In this document: positions 24,997 through 31,555 of the stretch, piece by piece
Position numbering within the stretch: position 1 is the stretch's first letter
Layout of the letters: each line of letters opens with the position of its first letter
Virus record (IMG/VR): IMGVR_UViG_3300045988_064554
Direction: 5' to 3' (one strand)
Source of the DNA: a virus
Length of the DNA: 39,756 bases
Position numbers and translations under genes: made by a program
Notes under the pieces: generated by a model
Seen by the model: only the letters and a program-made list of their open reading frames with translations
Told to the model about the DNA's origin: nothing
Databases searched by the model: none

Positions 24997-25227
24997 ATGA
25001 GACGCTACAACCCTCCATTTAATGGAAACCGCTATGTATTAAACAAAGCAACTGGAGAAATCCACGATCTGGATAACGAAACATCTCTCTGTCAAATCGA
25101 TGAAATGAATCCAGACCATGTATCGAACTGTGTATCTTATGAAGATGCCAAGTTCCGTGCTGCTTTCTTTTCACCACATGGCGGAAATGGTTGCTACTAC
25201 TGTTTACGATCAAAAGATAACGGATAA
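24997..25227 (+). CDS. Hypothetical 76-aa Cys-containing protein on the plus strand.
   Basis: ORF track, with RBS-like GGCAGGTGA upstream. It converges on and overlaps 25197..25403. Confidence 0.5.
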   Translation: MRRYNPPFNGNRYVLNKATGEIHDLDNETSLCQIDEMNPDHVSNCVSYEDAKFRAAFFSPHGGNGCYYCLRSKDNG

Positions 25228-25403
25228 CCCGATTGAGCTATGGACTTCAATGTCTGTAGCTCTTTTTCTGGCATTTCTTCCCTCAGAAGCTCCGTAAGCC
25301 TTTCGGTTGTTTTGCATTCCGAAACCATGTCAAATACCAGTTCTGAAAACTTCTGTTCGTCTGTGACCATCTTTAATGCATCGAACTTTTTCACATCTCT
25401 CAC
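25197..25403 (-). CDS. Hypothetical early protein.
   Basis: ORF track. It overlaps the stop of the Cro-like gene. Confidence 0.5.
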   Translation of the reverse strand: MRDVKKFDALKMVTDEQKFSELVFDMVSECKTTERLTELLREEMPEKELQTLKSIAQSGYPLSFDRKQ

Positions 25404-25639
25404 TCTCCTTTCTTGATTCCAAAAAGATAATTTGCATCTACGCCAAATTCTTTTACAACATTAATTAATGATGCTATGTCTGCCGCACGCATAATTCTTC
25501 TTCCGTTTAACATGTCATTTAACTCTTGTGCAGTAAATCCAGCTTTTGTTGCTATTGCTGCTTGCTTCAATCCCTTTTCAGAAATAACATTTTTTAAACG
25601 AACCGCAACAACACTGTTTGATGCTGTAATATCAAGCAA
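25400..25639 (-). CDS. Cro-like XRE-family HTH regulator.
   Basis: HTH segment LKQAAIATKAGFTAQELNDMLNGRR. TTG start at 25639 with GGAGG 7 nt upstream. The longer track ORF would begin inside its own promoter. Confidence 0.7.
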   Translation of the reverse strand: MLDITASNSVVAVRLKNVISEKGLKQAAIATKAGFTAQELNDMLNGRRIMRAADIASLINVVKEFGVDANYLFGIKKGE

Positions 25640-25661
25640 CTTGATTCCTCCTTTCTTTTTA

Positions 25662-25732
25662 ACAAGTTTCTTTTCATTTACGATACTATAACAAGATTCT
25701 TGCTTTGTCAATATGTTTTAACAAATTTCTTG
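25662..25732. promoter_or_regulatory. Three 12-bp operator-like repeats, consensus ACAAnnTTCTTG, at 25662, 25691 and 25721.
   Basis: Read directly, with 29- and 30-bp spacing. The middle copy contains the perfect palindrome CAAGA-T-TCTTG and sits in the spacer of the leftward promoter. Confidence 0.6.
25683..25711 (-). promoter_or_regulatory. Leftward early promoter: TTGACA, 17-nt spacer, TAGTAT.
   Basis: Read on the minus strand. Confidence 0.65.
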
Positions 25733-25742
25733 TTTGTTTATA

Positions 25743-25771
25743 TTGACATGCCAAGATTTATGAAATACAAT
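25743..25771 (+). promoter_or_regulatory. Rightward repressor promoter: TTGACA, 17-nt spacer, TACAAT.
   Basis: Read on the plus strand, 35 nt upstream of the GTG at 25806. Confidence 0.65.
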
Positions 25772-25805
25772 ATTTACATAAAAATATAAAAAAGAGGTGA
25801 TTTAA

Positions 25806-26279
25806 GTGAGCGTAGGAAGTCGTATAAAAGAATTACGCGAAAGTAAAGATATGTCCAGAAATGAACTCGCTGATTCTGTTGGTGTTACGATTGGAGCTAT
25901 TTCAAATTATGAAAACGAGGTTAGCTCTCCTAAAGAACCCATTCTATTTAAAATCATGGAAGTTCTTAAATGTGATGCTAATTACTTATTTCAAGATGCT
26001 ATTGAAATGCCAAAGATGAAAAACACTGTTTCTGTAGAAGAGTTTCGTTTTGTGGAAAAGTACCGTGAACTCGATGCTCATGGACGAGAAATGGTCGATT
26101 TTACATTAACTAAAGAATGGGAACGTTCCATAGATATAAAAAATCGACCGAACAATATTGCGGAGATGCATCCTCATCTTATGGCTAATGCAGCTCACGA
26201 ACGTACAGATATAGAAGTAACTGATGAAATGAAGCAACATGATGACAACCTCATGAGTAATGACAAGAACTGGGAATAA
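25806..26279 (+). CDS. cI-like XRE-family repressor without an S24 peptidase domain.
   Basis: HTH segment SRNELADSVGVTIGAISNYENE. GTG start with AAGAGGTGA upstream. Confidence 0.8.
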   Translation: MSVGSRIKELRESKDMSRNELADSVGVTIGAISNYENEVSSPKEPILFKIMEVLKCDANYLFQDAIEMPKMKNTVSVEEFRFVEKYRELDAHGREMVDFTLTKEWERSIDIKNRPNNIAEMHPHLMANAAHERTDIEVTDEMKQHDDNLMSNDKNWE

Positions 26280-26328
26280 TTTTCATAAAGCATATTGCGT
26301 AATATAGATGTATTGGAGGTGTTACACA

Positions 26329-26790
26329 ATGGATGCATATGAAGAGCTTTTAGAGTCTGCTTACAACGAGGGACTGATTGTAAAAGAAATGCCATTGCAA
26401 TCCAGTGATGGTAGGATTTATGGAAATAGAATTGCTATACGGCAAGATATAACAACCTCTATTCAAAAAGCCGGAGCGCTTGCCGAAGAATTGGGGCATT
26501 ATTATACAACTGTTGGAAATATCCATAATCAAAGTATAATTGAAAATCGAAAGCAGGAACGTCAAGCCCGGTTGCACGGCTACAACCGCCTGATCGGACT
26601 TGTGGGAATCATCCACGCATTCAATGCTGGATGTCAAAATAAATATGAAATTGCAGACTTTCTGGATGTTACAGAAGAATATCTGGAAGAATGTATTAGC
26701 TGCTACCGTGATAAGTATGGAGTATATACTACCGTTGATAACTATATTATATACTTCATTCCATATCTTACGGTTATTAAAATGCTTTAA
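26329..26790 (+). CDS. ImmA/IrrE-like (M78-type) protein with a non-canonical EELGH motif in place of HExxH.
   Basis: The segment GALAEELGHYYT aligns to the usual LAHELGH. It lies directly downstream of the repressor. The ATG at 26329 has GGAGG 9 nt upstream. Confidence 0.6.
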   Translation: MDAYEELLESAYNEGLIVKEMPLQSSDGRIYGNRIAIRQDITTSIQKAGALAEELGHYYTTVGNIHNQSIIENRKQERQARLHGYNRLIGLVGIIHAFNAGCQNKYEIADFLDVTEEYLEECISCYRDKYGVYTTVDNYIIYFIPYLTVIKML

Positions 26791-26869
26791 AATACAGTAC
26801 GAATGTAACTGGCACGATATATACAAGAATTTATAAATGTCCAAATGTATTTTAACTTCATATAAAAAA

Positions 26870-26894
26870 ACGCCATTCTTCGAACTGGTGTTTT
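26870..26894 (+). terminator. Terminator-like hairpin after the ImmA-like gene.
   Basis: ACGCCA-N10-TGGTGT followed by TTT. Confidence 0.45.
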
Positions 26895-26904
26895 GGAGGA
26901 ACAA

Positions 26905-27060
26905 ATGATGCTTGAAAAAACTAAAGATTATTTTGTAACTAGATATTCTTTAATTCCAGACATACAGCTTGATTTAGATTCCTTTTGCGGCATTACAAAG
27001 GAAAAAAAGTTTTTAGACTGGTTAATGTCCTTTAACATAAGAAAAAAACAAGGAACTTAA
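26905..27060 (+). CDS. Possible 51-aa ORF (MMLEKTKDYFVTRYSLIPDIQLDLDSFCGITKEKKFLDWLMSFNIRKKQGT).
   Basis: Hand translation. GGAGGA lies 4 to 7 nt upstream of two tandem ATGs. It is below the track cutoff. Confidence 0.45.
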   Translation: MMLEKTKDYFVTRYSLIPDIQLDLDSFCGITKEKKFLDWLMSFNIRKKQGT

Positions 27061-27118
27061 TTATCGTGGTAAGAATTATACTCTGTATTGTAAGCGAGTA
27101 TTTGATAATTGTTTTTTT

Positions 27119-27772
27119 ATGAGTTTTGCAAAAGAAGTGCATGAAACAATAGGCACAAAAACAGACGAAGGGATTCGAGACAAACTAATTGAAAATTACA
27201 AAAAATGCAACATTTTAATTCAAACTCAAAATCAATGGATGCTAATAGAAAAAAGTTCCGATATTTCCAGTAGCATTGAATCTCAAAAAAATCTTATTGC
27301 AAAAGTCATATCTAAATCGCTGAAAAATAAAAATCTTTACTTCGAATTAGGTATAATGACCGAAAAAAATAATTTTTGGAAATATGTTACCGATAACGCC
27401 GACTGTTTGACTGATATCGATATTACTCTTTCTTCACCAAATTTCTTGAACGGTATAAAAACTGTTTCAGAGTTTTTGCATCAGACAAATGATATTTACA
27501 ATAACACTAGCGTGGGTATACACTTGAAAAATGAAGAAGGACATCTTATTATTAATAAAGATAATGAATTTTTACGAGATTCTATTCGCTATGCTTCTGC
27601 AGGTTGTGGAAGGTGGAAAGCAAAAGCTTCTAAAGATTCTAAAGGATGTTCTAGCATAGATAATCCTTTTATTATACATTTACCTGAAAATGTAAGTCAG
27701 CTTAAAGATTCTGACGAAAAACATATTCTTGATGCAATTAGTCACTTAGAAAGAATTGACTCAGAAACGTAA
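27119..27772 (+). CDS. Orphan 217-aa soluble protein (AT-rich cassette, gene 1).
   Basis: ORF track. I recognise no catalytic or nucleotide-binding motif. Confidence 0.7.
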   Translation: MSFAKEVHETIGTKTDEGIRDKLIENYKKCNILIQTQNQWMLIEKSSDISSSIESQKNLIAKVISKSLKNKNLYFELGIMTEKNNFWKYVTDNADCLTDIDITLSSPNFLNGIKTVSEFLHQTNDIYNNTSVGIHLKNEEGHLIINKDNEFLRDSIRYASAGCGRWKAKASKDSKGCSSIDNPFIIHLPENVSQLKDSDEKHILDAISHLERIDSET

Positions 27773-27787
27773 AAAGGAATTGATTTT

Positions 27788-28384
27788 ATGAAATTAAAAA
27801 AATTTTTTATTTTGTTGGCGTCATGTCTTGCCACTTCTGTTGCTTTAACTATTACTTTATCGCCATTTGACGAAGATGTTATTAATTATGGCGTGGTAAT
27901 TAATATAGAAATTGCACTTTTTTCCGTTTCTTTAACTATTGTGGCACTACTAATCACTATTTTAGAAAAGTATAAAGAAAAAGTGACCAATCAATCAGTA
28001 TGGGCACAAAACAGTACTAAAATTTTAAAAGAGCTTTGTGAAAACACAATATCATTATTGTGTTTATTAGCCCTGCTTTTCCTGGCAACAATTTTTAAGT
28101 CCTTGTTAATTTTAATTCCTGTAGTAGACGTAATGACAGTAATCTTGCTTTTTTCTATAATTCTTTCTATAATTGCTTGCTTTGATACAACCATTAGCGT
28201 TTACCATTTAATAACCAATTTAAAAGATGTACTCGTTCAGCCTTCTGTATCTATCGACAATCTATCGCAAAAAGAATTATATTTAGTAGATGCATACAGG
28301 CAATTAGACGCAAAACACAAAGAAGAACTAGAGGATTTACTTAGGGCTTTTTCGATAGACCAACAAATCCGAACAAATAAATAA
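27788..28384 (+). CDS. Orphan 198-aa membrane protein with four hydrophobic segments and a charged C-terminal tail (AT-rich cassette, gene 2).
   Basis: Hydrophobic stretches at about aa 6-24, 34-58, 86-110 and 114-137. It starts 16 nt after gene 1. Confidence 0.7.
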   Translation: MKLKKFFILLASCLATSVALTITLSPFDEDVINYGVVINIEIALFSVSLTIVALLITILEKYKEKVTNQSVWAQNSTKILKELCENTISLLCLLALLFLATIFKSLLILIPVVDVMTVILLFSIILSIIACFDTTISVYHLITNLKDVLVQPSVSIDNLSQKELYLVDAYRQLDAKHKEELEDLLRAFSIDQQIRTNK

Positions 28385-28403
28385 GATATAACCGCTTCGG
28401 CGT

Positions 28404-28440
28404 TTATATAGAGTATGTGGTGTACTCAAAGGAATAGGCT
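28404..28440 (+). promoter_or_regulatory. Leader element copy A: TTATATAGAG, hairpin GAGTA-TGTGGTG-TACTC, then ...AGGCT.
   Basis: Aligns to copy B at 29076-29112. Confidence 0.55.
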
Positions 28441-28461
28441 CGTAAAAGAAAGGAAAAGCTT

Positions 28462-29061
28462 ATGAAAAAGAAAATTGTAACAATGTTGTTGGTTGGTGCT
28501 ATGGCATTATCGTCTACTGCTTGCGGTAGCACTCCAAAAAATGAAGTGAAAAGTGAAACTTCTACAGACCAGTCGTCTGATGATGGAGAGGAACTGAAAG
28601 CCGAAAAGAACCTACTTAGCGTTGAAGTTACACTTCCAGCTTCCCTTGTCAAAGACGGTGAAGCTGAACTGGATGAAGAAGCTAAGGAAGCTGGTGTTAA
28701 AGAGATCACTAAAAACGACGATGGTTCTATCACCATGAAAATGACAAAGGAAGCTCATAAAGAACTTCTTAGTTCAATCAAGGAAAGTGTAGATGAAAGT
28801 AACGAAGAAATTATCGCAGATAAGGAAAACTACCCTTCCATTGAATCTATCACTTACAATGATGATCTGACAGAATTCACTGTCAGTGTTGATGGCGCAT
28901 CATTTAATGGTCTTGAAAGCTTTGTTGCTATTGCTTTTTACATGGAAGGGAATATTTATCAAGCATTGAATGCTGTTCCGGAAGATGAAATTAATACTAC
29001 CGTTAATTTCGTAGACAAAGACTCTGGAGAAGTTATAAACTCAGCTGATTCTTCAACATGA
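28462..29061 (+). CDS. Prophage lipoprotein.
   Basis: Signal peptide plus lipobox: MKKKIVTMLLVGAMALSSTAC. Confidence 0.8.
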   Translation: MKKKIVTMLLVGAMALSSTACGSTPKNEVKSETSTDQSSDDGEELKAEKNLLSVEVTLPASLVKDGEAELDEEAKEAGVKEITKNDDGSITMKMTKEAHKELLSSIKESVDESNEEIIADKENYPSIESITYNDDLTEFTVSVDGASFNGLESFVAIAFYMEGNIYQALNAVPEDEINTTVNFVDKDSGEVINSADSST

Positions 29062-29075
29062 AAGATCAGCAGTAA

Positions 29076-29112
29076 TTATATAAAGCGTGTGGTGCGCTTA
29101 GCAAACAAGGCT
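29076..29112 (+). promoter_or_regulatory. Leader element copy B: TTATATAAAG, hairpin AAGCG-TGTGGTG-CGCTT, then ...AGGCT.
   Basis: Aligns to copy A. The stem sequence differs but base pairing is kept, and the 7-nt loop is identical. Confidence 0.55.
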
Positions 29113-29143
29113 ATATCACTAAAAGAAAGAGAGGGAAACACGA

Positions 29144-29722
29144 ATGAAAAAGAAAGGCGGATGTTTAAAAACTGTATTAATTGTTATCGGCGTAATTATT
29201 ATACTCGGTATCATAGGTTCTGTTATTGGTGGAAAGGATGACGGACCTAAAAAGGTAAACAGCGACACTTCTACTGACGCAACGCAAGATGCTTCAAAGA
29301 ATGAATCAGAGCCGGAACAGACTGTATTTAACGTTGGAGATACTGTGAATCTCAATGATGTTGAAATTACACTTGTGAACATCACCGAATCTGCCGGTGG
29401 GGAATATACTACCCCTGACGAAGGAAACGAGTTCTTAATCCTTGAGTTTGAGATTGCAAACAACTCATCAAAAGATATCAGCATCAGCTCCGTAATGAAT
29501 TTCGAAGCCTATTGCGATGATTACTCACTAACACAAGATCTTGTTGGACTTCAAGCCCCTGAAGCTAGTGGAAAGAATCAGCTTGATGGAAGTGTTGCTG
29601 CTGGAAAGAAGATGAACGGTGTGATTGCATATCAGGTACCTACAACTTTCTCGAAATTCGAGGTTAGCGTTGCTCCTGATTTCTGGTCATCAAAAGATAT
29701 TCAGTTTGTTTACAGTAAATAG
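29144..29722 (+). CDS. Membrane-anchored DUF4352-like protein.
   Basis: An N-terminal TM helix is followed by VGDTVNLNDVEITLVNI...GNEFLILEFEIANNSSKDISI. Confidence 0.7.
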   Translation: MKKKGGCLKTVLIVIGVIIILGIIGSVIGGKDDGPKKVNSDTSTDATQDASKNESEPEQTVFNVGDTVNLNDVEITLVNITESAGGEYTTPDEGNEFLILEFEIANNSSKDISISSVMNFEAYCDDYSLTQDLVGLQAPEASGKNQLDGSVAAGKKMNGVIAYQVPTTFSKFEVSVAPDFWSSKDIQFVYSK

Positions 29723-29768
29723 TTAATTTGCGGTGTTTGGAACAAGGTTCATTTGCATGAGAGGAACC

Positions 29769-29942
29769 ATGAATATAAAAGAATACGTTTATGACAACAA
29801 ACTTTCTTCCTTATCCGATACAGAATTGAGAGCTTATGGAAGAGAACTACTGGCAAGACAATATGCCGGTGAAGAACTTACAGATGAGTTATATACAGAG
29901 TTGAGAGATGTATGTAGCGAATTTGTAAACAGGGATAATTAA
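29769..29942 (+). CDS. Hypothetical 57-aa protein.
   Basis: The ATG at 29769 follows GAGAGGAA. The track ORF begins at 29733. Confidence 0.45.
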   Translation: MNIKEYVYDNKLSSLSDTELRAYGRELLARQYAGEELTDELYTELRDVCSEFVNRDN

Positions 29943-29951
29943 ATAAAATAA

Positions 29952-29979
29952 AACCGCTCCTGTTGGCGCAGGAACGGTT
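29952..29979. terminator. Hairpin AACCGCTCCTG-N6-CAGGAACGGTT, with its T-run only on the minus-strand side.
   Basis: Read directly. It lies between the accessory block and the integrase. Confidence 0.4.
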
Positions 29980-30120
29980 GACACACCAAACTCCGAAGAG
30001 CGGTGCAGATTATATGAAGCAATAATATTGTATCATCTTCGGGGCAGTCATACAAGCAGAACTGTTGTTCTGTTGTGGGGCTGTTATTTTTGTACTCAAA
30101 AAATAGAAAGGAAGATGATT

Positions 30121-31218
30121 ATGTGGGTTGAAGAATTAAAGAATGGCAAGTACAAATTTGTGGAACGCTACACCGATCCAATGACCGGGAAGTCAAAACG
30201 AGTAGCTGTTGTAATGGATAAAAACACAGCAAAGAATCGTAAAATGGCAGCACTGACTCTGTCAGATAAAATTGAGAGTGCCCTCACACCGCAAGTGGAC
30301 AGAATCCGTTTAAAAGACCTTGTCGAGCTGTACAGAAAAGAGCAAGTCAAGACACTTAAACAATCTACTTACAGACGGAACATTGCCGTGTGTAACACGC
30401 TTATGAGCATTCTTGGCAAAGATATCTATGTTGACAAGCTGACAGCCGGATACATCAGAGAACGTTTTCTCGGCACTGGTAGAGAACACAGCACTCTAAA
30501 TGAATGGATGATCAGATTAAAAGCGTTGTTACGTTGGGGATACAAGAATGATTATATTGCAGACATATCTTATCTTGGAAAGATAGAGCGTTTCAGTGAT
30601 ATACCTCATCGGCAGAAAATAGAGAACAAATTTGTTGAATCATTGGAGTTAAAGGAGTTAATCGCTGGAATGACCGTTGTAGAATGGAAGTTGCTTACTG
30701 AATTTCTCGCCTTGTCTGGTCTTCGATTTGGCGAGGCTGCAGCTCTGAACACTTCTGATGTTGATTTGAAGAATAGGAAAATTCATGTAACGAAAACGTA
30801 TGACAATGTAGCAGACATCGTTACAAGCCCAAAGACACCGTGTTCTGTGCGAGATGTATATATACAAGACGAGTTACTCACTGTCTGTAGAAACGTGCTC
30901 CTATGCTACCACAAAGGCACTGTAGTGGCATTCAGCACAGCTTTCTTCCCTGGAACAACGAAAGAACACATCAACTTCGATTGCTACTCTAAATATTTAC
31001 GTGAAACATCTGAACGAATCATTGGGCGGAGAATCACACCGCACACTCTTCGGCATACACATGCCAGTTTACTGATGGAGCAAGGAATTGACATTGACAG
31101 TATCTCAAAAAGGCTTGGACATAATGACAGCAGAATTACACAAGAAATTTATCTCCACGTCACAAAGAAATTAGAAAGTAAGCGAAACGAACAGCTAAGG
31201 GAGTTAAAAATTTTATAG
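30121..31218 (+). CDS. int: Tyrosine recombinase / integrase.
   Basis: The C-terminal catalytic pattern is TPHTLRHTHASLL...LGHNDSRITQEIYLHV. The ATG at 30121 follows GAAAGGAAG. Confidence 0.9.
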   Translation: MWVEELKNGKYKFVERYTDPMTGKSKRVAVVMDKNTAKNRKMAALTLSDKIESALTPQVDRIRLKDLVELYRKEQVKTLKQSTYRRNIAVCNTLMSILGKDIYVDKLTAGYIRERFLGTGREHSTLNEWMIRLKALLRWGYKNDYIADISYLGKIERFSDIPHRQKIENKFVESLELKELIAGMTVVEWKLLTEFLALSGLRFGEAAALNTSDVDLKNRKIHVTKTYDNVADIVTSPKTPCSVRDVYIQDELLTVCRNVLLCYHKGTVVAFSTAFFPGTTKEHINFDCYSKYLRETSERIIGRRITPHTLRHTHASLLMEQGIDIDSISKRLGHNDSRITQEIYLHVTKKLESKRNEQLRELKIL

Positions 31219-31450
31219 TTTGCCCCATTTGTGCCCCATAAACATAATAAAAAATCTCCAAACCCCTTGCAAACACTGGATTTACAAGGAATTCAGAGAT
31301 TAAGTTCGATGCCGCAGACCGGCTACTCAATGCATATAAATAGGTACAAACTAATGTGAAATAACGTATTTTAAGACGTTTTCAACTCTGAAACCGTATA
31401 TCAAAGTACAATATTCTGCCCCTTTTTTGCCCCTCATGATACAATATTCA
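31219..31450. other. Putative attP region with two pairs of TGCCCC motifs.
   Basis: Motifs at 31221/31232 and 31417/31428, each pair 11 bp apart. The non-coding stretch lies between the convergent int and endolysin genes. Confidence 0.5.
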
Positions 31451-31479
31451 ATCCCCCAGGGACAAACGCTCTGGGGGAT
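31451..31479. terminator. 9-bp GC-rich hairpin ATCCCCCAG-N11-CTGGGGGAT between the convergent int and endolysin genes.
   Basis: Followed by CCTTTTG on the plus strand. Confidence 0.55.
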
Positions 31480-31555
31480 CCTTTTGAAACCACAACTATT
31501 GATTCGGCCAGTTATGCTTTTCCCTAAGTAAGTTAAGTATAGTGCGATATGGTGA

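Noticed and set aside
26350-26904. 184-aa minus-strand ORF opposite the ImmA-like gene.
   Set aside because: It is fully antisense to a gene with a recognisable family and a strong RBS. The translation is an AT-rich artefact rich in I/F/N/L, and there is no RBS.
28404-29484. Minus-strand ORFs 28404..28736 and 29119..29484 (S-rich).
   Set aside because: They are antisense to the lipoprotein and DUF4352 genes. The serine-rich translation is typical of the reverse complement of E/D/K-rich coding sequence.
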